Positions 53,261 to 63,784 are shown, numbered from the stretch's first letter. The stretch is 64,000 nt of DNA from an uncultured Bdellovibrionales bacterium (GCA_964594215.1 CAZQLN010000004.1:862-64861), one strand, 5' to 3'. The notes: generated by a model from the sequence alone, not told the origin. Translations and numbers: made by a program.

Positions 53261-54052
53261 CTAGCGGAGAGCTATCTGTCTATAGTACTGATCCACGTCA
53301 CTAATCCATTTAGCCACACTCTCTTTGGAATGACTGGCGCAACTATCGCCGCACTTCCACGCAGTTACCAGTCTTGAAGGCTCCGCACTCGCCCGCTTCT
53401 CTACCAAACGCTCAAGACGGTTACCCACAGTCTCCACAGCTTCTTCCCTACTCTCAAAACAGGCGTAGCCCATCGATTCGCCACGACCACCAGCACCTTT
53501 ATACCCCCAGTAGTTATAACAGTCTTCTCCTCCTTTACTTGGAGCATGTTCTCCCCAACTACTTTCTTTCTTGGCAATACCAACGAGCAGGCCAGCAATT
53601 GATTTATCAAAACGAGCAATACTTGGGGCCATATCCTCTAAAGGATATCCTGAAGAAATCTTCTCTATATTCCCTCTCATTTCTAACTCTGAAGCTGATT
53701 CGGTATCCGTACTAAGGATCTCTTCGGTTTTTTTACCACAAAGCCTTTCCTGTTCTTGAAGGGTTTTCTTGCTGGCAGCTTGAATATCTCTTAAGTCTCG
53801 CCTGAAATCACAGATGCTGTCTGATTCTGAAGCAACTGCACTTGATTCCTCTACTGCCACTGGCTTCTCGCTGACCAAAAGAGGGGCTTGATTGGGTAAT
53901 GCAGGAAAAGCACTAAAAAAAGTAAAAGACAGCGCCGTAAATGAAGAAAGCCATTTAGACCCAGATTGCTGTCTTTTGAGTTGTTTTGAAATAATATGCC
54001 CTCCCAGGCGTCGTAGTTGACGACAAAAACTTAAAAAGTTTTTTGAATACAT
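53261..54052 (-). CDS. Secreted Cys-rich protein, paralog A. The C-terminal domain resembles a GH73 glucosaminidase-like peptidoglycan hydrolase.
   Basis: GIAKKESSWG ... CYNYWGYKG ... CFESREEAVETV ... WKCGDSCASHS ... WISDVDQYY. Shares a conserved C-terminal domain of about 110 aa with 54349..55335. Confidence 0.35.
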   Translation of the reverse strand: MYSKNFLSFCRQLRRLGGHIISKQLKRQQSGSKWLSSFTALSFTFFSAFPALPNQAPLLVSEKPVAVEESSAVASESDSICDFRRDLRDIQAASKKTLQEQERLCGKKTEEILSTDTESASELEMRGNIEKISSGYPLEDMAPSIARFDKSIAGLLVGIAKKESSWGEHAPSKGGEDCYNYWGYKGAGGRGESMGYACFESREEAVETVGNRLERLVEKRASAEPSRLVTAWKCGDSCASHSKESVAKWISDVDQYYRQIALR

Positions 54053-54301
54053 AGATTGGCCACCCTGTTTTCCAGATCAGACTCCTCCCAGATTCTTTGG
54101 ATTTCTGTAAAACCGATACACCCCCTCTCTTTGTTACGCAACATTGAGACGAAAACATACCTCCAGACTGGCGTTAATGAACTGCGTTTTGGGTCGTATT
54201 TAGGGAAATACTCTTCCAGGACGCAAAGGAAACTATAGCAAAATAATCAAAAGAGGTCAATGGCTTAAATAAGCCAAAAATAGAAATTACACCTCTTTAT
54301 A

Positions 54302-54330
54302 AAGCAAAAAGAGGCTTTCGCCTCTTTAAT
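54302..54330 (-). terminator. Hairpin terminator (GAGGCGAAAGCCTC plus T-run in the minus orientation)
   Basis: Immediately 3' of the paralog B gene. Confidence 0.45.
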
Positions 54331-54348
54331 TTTTGGCTTATTTTAAGG

Positions 54349-55335
54349 CTATTCAGCAGGAGCTTCTTCCATGAACTCACTATAATACATATCCACATCA
54401 CTAATCCATTTCTTCACACTCTCTCGAGAGTGGCCTTCGCAGCTAAAACCACATTTCCAGACCACCAGTTTCTCTGGGGTATTAAGCTTCTCTGAATGGA
54501 TCAAAGTATCAAGACGCTTCGCCACAGTATCAACCGCATCCTGACGACTATTGAAACAAGTATGCCCTCCGGTTCCCATCATTCGTCGTACCCCACGGTA
54601 GCCCCAATAATTATAACAATCTTGTCCATCGAGGACTGGTACCCGCTTTCCCCAATTACTCTCTTTCTTGGCGATGCCAATAAGGAAGGCCGCTGTAATT
54701 TTATCCTTTTCGAGGATATATGGGAGCATTTCTTCTATTGGATATCCCTTAACCATTTTACGAATGTTATCTTCATACTCTGCCCCCTGAGCCTCAGAAA
54801 AGTACTCAAAAAAAACATCCTGACTCGGATCATACAGAGCATTAGCACTATTTGATTTTTGAACAGCATCAGCAAGTGGTTCCTTCTCGGTAGCAAATAC
54901 TCCTCCACCGAAGTACTGCGCCATCAAGGCCATAGACAGGATGCCAAAGACTACTCCTCCTGTAAGCGATGCATACACCATTCTCTTCGGTTCGAGCTCT
55001 GGTATGAAACGATTGATGAAACGGTTAATGATACGCTTCAGGCGACGTCCGTAGAGCTCTCCCTTACGCACAAACATCCAAAAACTTTCTACTACTGTTT
55101 TCTCTCTCAAACTGTTAAGAAGATTCTTGCGTTCTCGACGAAGACCGTCAAGATTTTTGGTCTCTTGTTGTTTGGTGTACAAAAAAGCCTTCCGACGTTG
55201 TTCTCGTTCAAGAACATACTGTGGAATTGCCCGAGTATCGATCCTTTTTTGTGTTTGAATATCGAGACTGACTTTTTTTGCTGGTGTAAGACTATAGGTC
55301 TCGTAATGAAATGACTCTGGTTTCATGGGGGTCAT
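54349..55335 (-). CDS. Membrane-anchored Cys-rich protein, paralog B, with the same C-terminal GH73-like domain
   Basis: GIAKKESNWG ... CYNYWGYRG ... CFNSRQDAVDTV ... WKCGFSCEGHS ... WISDVDMYY. One TM in the middle. Confidence 0.35.
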   Translation of the reverse strand: MTPMKPESFHYETYSLTPAKKVSLDIQTQKRIDTRAIPQYVLEREQRRKAFLYTKQQETKNLDGLRRERKNLLNSLREKTVVESFWMFVRKGELYGRRLKRIINRFINRFIPELEPKRMVYASLTGGVVFGILSMALMAQYFGGGVFATEKEPLADAVQKSNSANALYDPSQDVFFEYFSEAQGAEYEDNIRKMVKGYPIEEMLPYILEKDKITAAFLIGIAKKESNWGKRVPVLDGQDCYNYWGYRGVRRMMGTGGHTCFNSRQDAVDTVAKRLDTLIHSEKLNTPEKLVVWKCGFSCEGHSRESVKKWISDVDMYYSEFMEEAPAE

Positions 55336-55342
55336 TTTTGAT

Positions 55343-55771
55343 TTATTGGTTGGTTGTCCCTGCTGCTTCTTCTTCGGTTAAAGTAACACCCGCTTTTTCA
55401 GCAAAGAATTTTTTGACATCTGGTTCACCCACAATACATTTGTTTCCTTCGGTATAGATGAATGGTACACCCACTTTGCTTGCGTCTAAACCACAAGCTT
55501 CAGCTTTTTCTTTCATCTGACTGCTATTTGTACGACTATGCCAAACTTCTTTTTTTGTAAAAGTAAACTTGGAAGCAACATCATTAGCCTCAAGAAACTC
55601 ATTAATACGTTTACAATGTGGACACTCCGCTCCAAAAAAATAAATCGTACTGGCATCTGGTACACTAGCCGCTTGGTTTTCAGACTTCCCCTCAATTACC
55701 GCCCAGGCAACGATGCCAGCAATGACAATAAAGGTACCTCCAAGGATAATCCAGATTTTTTTTGATTCCAT
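55343..55771 (-). CDS. Membrane-anchored thioredoxin/glutaredoxin-fold protein with a CPHC active site
   Basis: N-terminal TM, then YFFGAECPHCKRINEFL. Confidence 0.55.
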   Translation of the reverse strand: MESKKIWIILGGTFIVIAGIVAWAVIEGKSENQAASVPDASTIYFFGAECPHCKRINEFLEANDVASKFTFTKKEVWHSRTNSSQMKEKAEACGLDASKVGVPFIYTEGNKCIVGEPDVKKFFAEKAGVTLTEEEAAGTTNQ

Positions 55772-55790
55772 AGTGTATGTTAAGACATGA

Positions 55791-56627
55791 TCAATTGTTC
55801 TTTATCATAGCATATTTTGAGCTCCAAAACCAGATGAAAGTAGTGCCAAAAAACATTATCAAAGAGAGTATCTGTCCCCTCGTAAAAATATTCCACAAAA
55901 TAGCTACTCCTGGATCTGGCTCACGCCAGTATTCCAAAATAAAACGTACTGCACTATAAGAAATCAGGTATACTACCGTAAGAGTCCCTAATTTTAATTC
56001 ACGTTTTTGCCAAAACCCAAGCCAAAATAGCAAAAAAATACCTTCAAAAAAAAGACTGTAGAGAGTCACTGGATGTCGTAAAACTTGATCGCTTGGGAAA
56101 TAAATTCCCCATGAGCTCTCTGTGATACGTCCTGGAAGTTCTTGATTGAGAAAATTGCCCAATCTACCAAATAGAGAAACTACGGGAGCTACTAAAACCA
56201 AGCGATCAGTTAAAGAAAAAAGAGCTATTTTGTGCCGATATGACCAAAAGATGGCCGTCACAGCTACTCCAATGAGTCCTCCGTGAAAACTCATCCCTCG
56301 CAAAGGAAGAAGTGTCTCTGTTGAAAAATCATACGGTAAAAAGAGCATCGCTGGGTGCTGCCAAAAAAAGAGGGGTTCGTAAAACAGTGCAAACCCTAAT
56401 CTTCCACCTACAAAGGCTCCGAACAAAAGCCACCAAAAAAGATCCAGCCAATCTGACGCGCTCAATAACCGTACTCTCTCATTTTTTTTCTCAAGATACA
56501 GAATTCCTAATAGCGCTCCAATCCAGGCCAGTAGAAAACACACCGCGTACCAGTATATTTGAAAAGATCCAACCGTGAGAGCGATTGGATCAAAACACTG
56601 CATGATAAAGTGCCAGCTACACAACAT
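55791..56627 (-). CDS. lgt: Prolipoprotein diacylglyceryl transferase
   Basis: Lgt signature region (GGRLGFALFYEP, FHGGLIG). Multi-TM. Confidence 0.75.
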   Translation of the reverse strand: MLCSWHFIMQCFDPIALTVGSFQIYWYAVCFLLAWIGALLGILYLEKKNERVRLLSASDWLDLFWWLLFGAFVGGRLGFALFYEPLFFWQHPAMLFLPYDFSTETLLPLRGMSFHGGLIGVAVTAIFWSYRHKIALFSLTDRLVLVAPVVSLFGRLGNFLNQELPGRITESSWGIYFPSDQVLRHPVTLYSLFFEGIFLLFWLGFWQKRELKLGTLTVVYLISYSAVRFILEYWREPDPGVAILWNIFTRGQILSLIMFFGTTFIWFWSSKYAMIKNN

Positions 56628-56637
56628 ATCAGAAAAA

Positions 56638-57699
56638 TTAACCCTCGTTATACTCCTTCAATTGTTCTTGAAATTCAATTCGGTATATTTCTCCCAACGC
56701 CACAAAAAGTGATACTACTATTGGGCCCATAATAAATCCTGGCAAACCAAAGAAATAAATACCGCCAATGGTAGCAAAGAAAATCATAAGTGGGTGCATC
56801 TGGGTATCCTTACCTACCAACTTCGGCCGTAAAATATTATCAACCGATGAGATGACAAGCGCGCCAAAGGCCAGAATGAAAACTCCTTGCCATACATTCC
56901 CCAAGAGAAGTAAGATCAGTCCGGCTGGAAGCCAAATTACCCCCGTTCCCACCATTGGAATAATTGAGAAAAAAACCATGATAATACCCCAAATAGCTGG
57001 AGAAGGTACCCCAGCAATAGCAAATGATAGACCTCCAAGTAGACCCTGAATCACTCCTATGACCAGGTTACCCTTGAGTGTCGCCCTACTCATAGAAACA
57101 AACTTGTCTATCAACAGTTTGTCATGTTCATTTTTGAGTGGACTGAGATTCATGAGATAGCGCAAGGCCTTTTTGCCGTCAATGAGAAAGTAAAAAAGCG
57201 TAAAGAAAAGAATGAAGATCCACAAGACAAAGCCGGTAATGCTCTGGTAAGCAGTTTGGAAGAAGGTGACCGCATTAGAACTAAAGTTAGAGATATCTGA
57301 AAGCATCTTTTTTTCAGAAAAGGTTTCTTTGTTCACCAGAAAACTTAAGCCCGGAGTGCGCTCAGCTGTTTCAAAAGCGTTATTGAGCATCGCTTGAAGA
57401 TTTCCTTCATTTTCAATATGACCATAAAGACCATTGACCTCATTGATAGCTAACGAAACTACTATGAACAACGGTGTAACTACTACGAAAATAGCTAAAA
57501 GACATGTCAAAAGAGCGCTGGACACCTTATGCCCTCGAAACATCTTCTCGAAAGCATGGTATGGCCGTTTAAGCAGGGTCGTCAAAATAGCCGCTGCCAT
57601 AATAGCGGTAATGAATGGTTTGAAGATAAAGAAAACCGTAATACCCACTCCAAAAAGTAAGAGAAAGAAAAAGGCAACATTGAGTGAGCGAGCTTGCAT
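56638..57699 (-). CDS. AI-2E family transporter (UPF0118/PerM)
   Basis: 8-TM topology with the family's C-terminal glycine-rich helices. Confidence 0.6.
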   Translation of the reverse strand: MQARSLNVAFFFLLLFGVGITVFFIFKPFITAIMAAAILTTLLKRPYHAFEKMFRGHKVSSALLTCLLAIFVVVTPLFIVVSLAINEVNGLYGHIENEGNLQAMLNNAFETAERTPGLSFLVNKETFSEKKMLSDISNFSSNAVTFFQTAYQSITGFVLWIFILFFTLFYFLIDGKKALRYLMNLSPLKNEHDKLLIDKFVSMSRATLKGNLVIGVIQGLLGGLSFAIAGVPSPAIWGIIMVFFSIIPMVGTGVIWLPAGLILLLLGNVWQGVFILAFGALVISSVDNILRPKLVGKDTQMHPLMIFFATIGGIYFFGLPGFIMGPIVVSLFVALGEIYRIEFQEQLKEYNEG

Positions 57700-57703
57700 A
57701 GTT

Positions 57704-58699
57704 TTATACCTTACTACTTAAGGGCTTACCTCTAGTATACTCTTTTAAAGCCTGTTTTGAAAATACAGAAAATTGGTGTTTCCCCTGAAGGATTTGAGCA
57801 TTAATTAAGAGGGTCTTTCGCTTTTTGATAAGCTGCCTATCATGCGGTGGTCTCACCGCTACTGTGAGCCCATACTCCCTAAGAAACCAATCCTTGATAG
57901 CCCCCCTTGATATATATCCCTGAGGCAAAGCAAATGGCTGATACTTACGCTGATTACTCGAAAAATACCTTTGATGCCTTTCATGAAGTGTGACCATTGC
58001 GCGATCCGCTTCATTCAGAGGGAAGGCTTCTTGTTTTTTGGTTACTTTTATTTCTTGTTTTCCTCCTTCTCTGTAGTAGACACATTGTTTGACCAAAGGA
58101 CAGCTATTACATTTTGGTCTCCCGGTACAGAGACTACTTCCAAAATCCATCAATGCAGCGTTGAGTTTTTTTCGTGATGATCGAAAATGAGTTTCAAAGA
58201 AGTCGCTATCGATAGCTGCATTTTTACTTCCTAGAAAAAAGCGACCGATAACTCGTTTCAGATTGGTGTCCCAAGCAAGAATTTTCTGATTATAGGCAAA
58301 GCTCAGTATGGCCCCTGCTGTATAATCACCGATACCTGGAAGAGCGGTGAGTTCCTTTTTTGTATGAGGGAAAACACCTCCATGCCAAGTGAGTAGTGCC
58401 TGAGCCGTCTTCAGCATATTACGTCCACGGGCATAATAGCCAAGACCTTGGTAATACGGAAGAAACTCCTCCCAACCTACCTCAGCTAGTTTCTCCACGG
58501 TCGGGAATCTCTTTAGAAAGCGTTCATAATAACCAACTACTCGAGAGACCTGAGTTTGCTGGAGCATAATCTCTGAAACCCATACCTCATAAGCAGTGAT
58601 ACCCTTTTTGCGCCAAGGAAGCTCCTCTCGACCTGATTTAATAAAAAAATCAATGAGTTTTTCTTCAAAAAATTGTACCTTCTTCTTTGGTATAGACAT
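57704..58699 (-). CDS. mutY: A/G-specific adenine DNA glycosylase
   Basis: HhH-GPD motifs, 4Fe-4S cluster cysteines (C..C..C.....C) and a C-terminal NUDIX-like domain. Confidence 0.8.
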   Translation of the reverse strand: MSIPKKKVQFFEEKLIDFFIKSGREELPWRKKGITAYEVWVSEIMLQQTQVSRVVGYYERFLKRFPTVEKLAEVGWEEFLPYYQGLGYYARGRNMLKTAQALLTWHGGVFPHTKKELTALPGIGDYTAGAILSFAYNQKILAWDTNLKRVIGRFFLGSKNAAIDSDFFETHFRSSRKKLNAALMDFGSSLCTGRPKCNSCPLVKQCVYYREGGKQEIKVTKKQEAFPLNEADRAMVTLHERHQRYFSSNQRKYQPFALPQGYISRGAIKDWFLREYGLTVAVRPPHDRQLIKKRKTLLINAQILQGKHQFSVFSKQALKEYTRGKPLSSKV

Positions 58700-58754
58700 A
58701 TTTTAAGAGTATAACAAAAGGGTGGCTAGTCTGCATATAAGCAAACTGCCACCC

Positions 58755-59363
58755 CTAACGACTTGTTCCTTTCATCATTTTAGCAATCGTTTTGAGTGCA
58801 ATCATGATGTCCAGTCCAACACATCGTTTCTGACGATACATCTCATCTAAAGCAATATATCGGAAGAGCTTATTAAAATGACCCTTCTCCGTAACAATTT
58901 GAGCTAGCCCCGTAATACCCGGAATCAACAGAAAGCGTCTGCCGTAGCGTTTGGGATACAGTTTACTGTATTTCATCGCGAGCCCTGACGTTTGAGGTCG
59001 AGGTCCGACGAATACCATTTCTCCTCGTACAATATTCCAGAGCTGTGGCAACTCATCAAAATGAGTCCTGCGTATGAGTCGTCCAAACGGAGTCACTCGA
59101 GGATCGTTCGCAAGAATATCACCAATCGGCCAAGGCTTATCGTACATGCTTCTAAACTTATAGACGATAAAAGGTCTGCCCCTATACCCTACTCGTTCCT
59201 GTCGAAAGATAATGGGGCCCGGAGAATCAATCCAAACACCTATGCCTATAATGATAAGAATTGGCAAAAGAACAACTAACAGAAAGAGCGCCAGAGAGCG
59301 CTCAAAAACACTCCTCATGACATTTTCTCCTTCTAGAGCCTCTTTTTCAAAGAGACTCTTCAC
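58755..59363 (-). CDS. Bacterial sugar transferase (undecaprenyl-phosphate glycosyl-1-phosphate transferase, WbaP/PglC-like)
   Basis: One TM plus the VGPRPQ motif. Confidence 0.7.
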   Translation of the reverse strand: MKSLFEKEALEGENVMRSVFERSLALFLLVVLLPILIIIGIGVWIDSPGPIIFRQERVGYRGRPFIVYKFRSMYDKPWPIGDILANDPRVTPFGRLIRRTHFDELPQLWNIVRGEMVFVGPRPQTSGLAMKYSKLYPKRYGRRFLLIPGITGLAQIVTEKGHFNKLFRYIALDEMYRQKRCVGLDIMIALKTIAKMMKGTSR

Positions 59364-59391
59364 TATAAAACAAGCCTTCCTTCTTGGTCAA

Positions 59392-60621
59392 CTAATTGAT
59401 TACTCCCCCACCCAAACAATATTCTCCATCATAAAAAACAGCAAACTGCCCAGAGGCAATTCCCTGATCCTTACTGTCCAATTGCACTTTTACCTCATCA
59501 TCGGATAGCCAGTTAAGTCGAGCTTGATATAGTTTTTCTCCATGGCGCACTTTTACTTGAAGATTTGTCTTCTGTGGAACATTCCCACTAATCCAATTCA
59601 AACTACTTACCGTGAATGTGTCTGTTGCCTCATTAGTATAGACATCGCCATGTGCTAGATAAACTTCGTTTTTCTCAGTATCCTTTCCAGTCACATACCA
59701 CGGCCCGCCTGAAAGCCGAATCCCCTTGCGCTGTCCAATCGTGTAGTACCAAAAACCTTCATGCTCTCCCAATATTTTACCCGTTCCCTCTTCTATTAAT
59801 TTGCCAGATTGCACCCCAAGATGGAACTTCACAAAATCATCAAACGGGATTTTTCCCAAGAAACAGATGCCCTGACTGTCTTTTCTCTTCGCATTCGGTA
59901 GCTGAAACTTCTCTGCTAATTTGCGTACCGCTTCTTTAGGATAGCCTCCTATCGGAAACAAAGCTCTAGCTAATTGGCTCTGAGAGAGCTGAGAAAGAAA
60001 GTATGTTTGATCTTTGATTGGATCTGGTGACACCTTGAGCCAGGTCATTCCATCTTTTAACTCTGTTTGAGCATAATGACCGGTAGCGATTCTATCAAAA
60101 TGCTCTCCAGATTTTTCCAAGTACTCATAAAAAGCACCGAACTTCACTCGCTCATTACAAAGCATATCTGGATTAGGAGTTCTACCATTTTTGACCTCAT
60201 CTATAGTGTAGGAGACCACGCGCTCCCAGTATTCTTTCTGAAAGGGTACAATATGAAGCTCTACCTGAAGCTGTGCACAAACAGCTCGCACATACTCAAG
60301 ATCTTCTTCCCATGGACACTCACCTAAGAATTGTAGCTCGTCTTCGAGCCAAATCTTCATATAATAGGCTGTGACGTCATACCCAGCTTCTTTGAGCAAT
60401 GCCAAGGACACCGAGCTATCCACTCCGCCCGATACTAAGACTGCTATTTTGTCCCGCCTTAGCGAGGTTTTCTGCTTTTCTATAGTCATTTTTCCTTTAT
60501 TGACGGGTATTTTTGATAATGCTATCCTAGCGTGAAACCTATTTTTGCTCAACTTTTGAGTAATTTTGGTTCCCTCTTTGACAATTGAAATCAACCAATG
60601 CTCGTGAAAGGAGCTCGACAT
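59392..60621 (-). CDS. mnmA: tRNA-specific 2-thiouridylase
   Basis: PP-loop VLVSGGVDSSV. Confidence 0.85.
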   Translation of the reverse strand: MSSSFHEHWLISIVKEGTKITQKLSKNRFHARIALSKIPVNKGKMTIEKQKTSLRRDKIAVLVSGGVDSSVSLALLKEAGYDVTAYYMKIWLEDELQFLGECPWEEDLEYVRAVCAQLQVELHIVPFQKEYWERVVSYTIDEVKNGRTPNPDMLCNERVKFGAFYEYLEKSGEHFDRIATGHYAQTELKDGMTWLKVSPDPIKDQTYFLSQLSQSQLARALFPIGGYPKEAVRKLAEKFQLPNAKRKDSQGICFLGKIPFDDFVKFHLGVQSGKLIEEGTGKILGEHEGFWYYTIGQRKGIRLSGGPWYVTGKDTEKNEVYLAHGDVYTNEATDTFTVSSLNWISGNVPQKTNLQVKVRHGEKLYQARLNWLSDDEVKVQLDSKDQGIASGQFAVFYDGEYCLGGGVIN

Positions 60622-61555
60622 GACTATTGCCCTTCCTCAAAACTTTTCCATTGGCAACGCTGCTGGTGTTTGCAAATCCATTGACCTTGTTGATCAACTG
60701 GCTCGAAGTGGGCTTAACGAAATTACTCTGGGCTCTATCACAGTTGAGCAGCGTCCAGTCAACTCCCCTGGCACAGTTCATTTTCGAACTGAGAACGGGG
60801 CGAGTATTAATGCTCTTGGCATGCCTAACCTTGGAATTGCCGCATACACAGATCTCCTCCAGCAAATGGTAGAAATCGCACATACCGCTCACAAACTGTT
60901 AGCGATCAGCATTGCGCCTCTTCAAGCAGACGACCTCGAGAGACTACTCTCCCTATGTGTTAAGGCCGGGGTTGATATTATCGAACTCAACGGTGGTTGT
61001 CCTAATGTTTGGGACGAAGGTCAACAAAAACGTATCCTGTCATTTGATATCAAATATCTCTCTCATTCCCTACAAACGATGCTGGAGAGAAAAAGTGTTG
61101 ACGGCTGGTCGGGAGAACTCCGCGTCAAACTCTCACCTTATAGTGACCCCGGCCTTTTAGCTGAGGTAGCGAAGATGATTGGTTCTATGGGAAGTAAAAA
61201 ATATCGGGTCACTGTAGTGACATGTAATACCTTCCCTAACGCACTGATGTTTGATGACACCGAAACAATCTCCCGAGCACTTACCTTTGGCGATGGCTAC
61301 GGTGGATATTCTGGCCAAGGCTATCTTCCTATTGCTCTTGGCCAAGTACAACAGTTCCGCAAACACTTAGGTGATTATCATAAAATCATCGGCGTAGGCG
61401 GTATAAGTTCAGGGCGTGCTGTTATCGAACATGTCCTTGCTGGAGCCAACGGCGTTCAAATCGGCGCAGCACTCTACTATGCCAACAACCCTGCCAAAGG
61501 GGCAGATAACATCCTGCAAGAGATTGCGGAATTTGTAGAAGGAGTTCAATCATGA
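60620..61555 (+). CDS. pyrD: Dihydroorotate dehydrogenase (class 1-like)
   Basis: NAAG motif and the C-terminal GGISSGRAVIEHVLAGANGVQIG FMN-binding region. Confidence 0.7.
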   Translation: MTIALPQNFSIGNAAGVCKSIDLVDQLARSGLNEITLGSITVEQRPVNSPGTVHFRTENGASINALGMPNLGIAAYTDLLQQMVEIAHTAHKLLAISIAPLQADDLERLLSLCVKAGVDIIELNGGCPNVWDEGQQKRILSFDIKYLSHSLQTMLERKSVDGWSGELRVKLSPYSDPGLLAEVAKMIGSMGSKKYRVTVVTCNTFPNALMFDDTETISRALTFGDGYGGYSGQGYLPIALGQVQQFRKHLGDYHKIIGVGGISSGRAVIEHVLAGANGVQIGAALYYANNPAKGADNILQEIAEFVEGVQS

Positions 61556-62610
61556 CCAATATCAACACTCTTGAATTCGCCGCTGATGATCTCCATGTTC
61601 ATCTGCGGGATGAGAATGACGGACGCCTCCAGATGGCGGCGCCCTATACAGCTCGTCAATTCAGACGTGCCCTGGTGATGCCAAATCTGGTACCGCCAGT
61701 ACGTACCGTGGCCGATGCAATTGCCTATCGTGAGCGCATCTTGCGCGTTACTGAGGGTGAATTCGAACCATTGATGACACTCTATCTCACAGAAACATCC
61801 TCTGCCGAAGACATTATGAACATTGTGCAGAACCCAGGCGTTGTTCATGCCATCAAGTACTATCCGGCAGGCGCCACCACCAATTCCGATGCTGGCGTAC
61901 GCAATATCAGACGTATGATGAAGTTTTTCCAGCACATGGAAACAAATGATATTGTACTCTCACTCCATGGCGAAACCGCCGACAACACCATCGACGTGTT
62001 CGATCGAGAGGAAGAATTTCTGGGCGATCTGTTCTGGTTAAGAGTCAACTTTCCAGAACTTCGTATCGTTTTGGAGCACATCACTACTACCACTGCTGCG
62101 GCAACAGTACTTCTGATGCAGAAAGATTCTGGTCGAGTTTTAACCGCGGCTACCATCACTCCCCAGCATCTTCTCGCCAACCGCAATGACATGTTGGGAA
62201 GTGGCATCAATCCACATCTCTACTGCAAGCCCATCTTGAAACGTGAAGAAGATCGCATCGCGCTTCTCGAAGCTGCTGTTTCTGGCGAGCCCTGTTTCTT
62301 CCTCGGTACTGACTCGGCTCCTCACGCTAAGCATACTAAGGAGAACTCCTGTGGTTGTGCCGGATGCTTCACTGGTCTTCATGGGCTTGAGCTTTACGCC
62401 GAAGCCTTTGATAGCGTGGGCATGATTGATATGTTACCAGACTTTGCTGGCAAGTTCGGCGCCAACTTCTATGGGTTGCCGTATTCCGAACGACTGGTAC
62501 GGCTCAACCGCGAAGAATGGAATGTACCTAAGGAAATTGCCTACGGTGAATGGCACTCCATCGTACCTTTCTATGCGGGCGAAACCCTGCACTGGAAAAT
62601 GGTTGACTAA
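61552..62610 (+). CDS. pyrC: Dihydroorotase (E. coli-type, class II)
   Basis: DLHVHLRD metal-binding motif. Overlaps pyrD by 4 nt. Confidence 0.75.
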   Translation: MTNINTLEFAADDLHVHLRDENDGRLQMAAPYTARQFRRALVMPNLVPPVRTVADAIAYRERILRVTEGEFEPLMTLYLTETSSAEDIMNIVQNPGVVHAIKYYPAGATTNSDAGVRNIRRMMKFFQHMETNDIVLSLHGETADNTIDVFDREEEFLGDLFWLRVNFPELRIVLEHITTTTAAATVLLMQKDSGRVLTAATITPQHLLANRNDMLGSGINPHLYCKPILKREEDRIALLEAAVSGEPCFFLGTDSAPHAKHTKENSCGCAGCFTGLHGLELYAEAFDSVGMIDMLPDFAGKFGANFYGLPYSERLVRLNREEWNVPKEIAYGEWHSIVPFYAGETLHWKMVD

Positions 62611-62674
62611 ACAACTTTCTCATTGAGAAAAACTGACCCCGGGATTCATAAGAATTTCCGGGGTCACTTTGTTT

Positions 62675-63697
62675 TTATAACAAGTATTTCACTTCAGATG
62701 TTGTCTCCAAGACTTCTGGATAGCTCTTTCTGAAAGACTCCACTATTTTTCTCACCTCATCAAAACTCTTAGCCATCATCATATCAGCTCGTAGTTCCTT
62801 GGCCAGTGGAAAATTATTAATATACGCTCGGTAGTGTTTTTTCAAAAGTTCAAAGCTCTTTGTATCACCATAATATTCTATATAGAGTTCTGTGTGACGG
62901 AGCGCAGCGTCGAGTTTTTCATTTACAGTTATTTCTTTCTTGTCAGAGTCAAAAAGCCATGGATTGCCAAAGATGGCACGCCCAAACATAATGCCATCAC
63001 AGCCTGTCTCACCCACCTTAGTCTTTGCATCAACCATATCTATCACATCACCATTACCAATGATGAGAGTTTTGCTATTCATCTCATTACGAATCTCTAC
63101 AGCACGCTTCACGCGGTCCCATCTAGCTGGCACCTTAGACATATCTTTCTTCGTGCGAGCGTGAAGCGTAATAGCAGCTGGTTCTACCGAAAGCAGTTCT
63201 CGAAGCCACTCTTCGAGATTGTCTTCATTGAACCCAAGTCGTGTCTTCACCGAAACAGGTATCTTGTTGTCCGTACTATCAACTCCTTTTTTAGCAGAAA
63301 GAATGAGCTGTTTAGCTAGCTCTGCATCTTTCATACAAGCTGCTCCCGCTCCTTGTTTCATGACATTCTTATCAGGACAGCCCATATTGATATCCACGCC
63401 ATCAAACCCAAGTTCGGCACACAGTTTAGCCGCTTCATACATATGTTCTGGATTGGAAGTAAACAGCTGAGCTACAATGGGTCGTTCTTCTTCACGAAAA
63501 GCTAGATCTTTGAGAAGTACTTCACGTCCCTTAGGATGGCAGAGTCCATCAGCTGCTACAAACTCTGTCCAAAGCACATCGGGACGACTATACTCTAAAA
63601 TAAAGTTACGGAAAACGACATCCGTTACATTCGCAAGTGGTGCCAAGACAAAAAAAGGCTTATTTAAGTTATTCCAAAATCCATTTCTCATAAGCAA
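62675..63697 (-). CDS. tRNA-dihydrouridine synthase
   Basis: LAPLANVTD...FRNF Dus N-terminal motif, TIM-barrel FMN enzyme. Confidence 0.8.
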   Translation of the reverse strand: MLMRNGFWNNLNKPFFVLAPLANVTDVVFRNFILEYSRPDVLWTEFVAADGLCHPKGREVLLKDLAFREEERPIVAQLFTSNPEHMYEAAKLCAELGFDGVDINMGCPDKNVMKQGAGAACMKDAELAKQLILSAKKGVDSTDNKIPVSVKTRLGFNEDNLEEWLRELLSVEPAAITLHARTKKDMSKVPARWDRVKRAVEIRNEMNSKTLIIGNGDVIDMVDAKTKVGETGCDGIMFGRAIFGNPWLFDSDKKEITVNEKLDAALRHTELYIEYYGDTKSFELLKKHYRAYINNFPLAKELRADMMMAKSFDEVRKIVESFRKSYPEVLETTSEVKYLL

Positions 63698-63784
63698 TCA
63701 AAGCATTCTACATCTAATTGGAACTATTGACAAGACCATCACTTGCTGACATTATAAAACAGACTTAAATAGTCTGATTTATTT

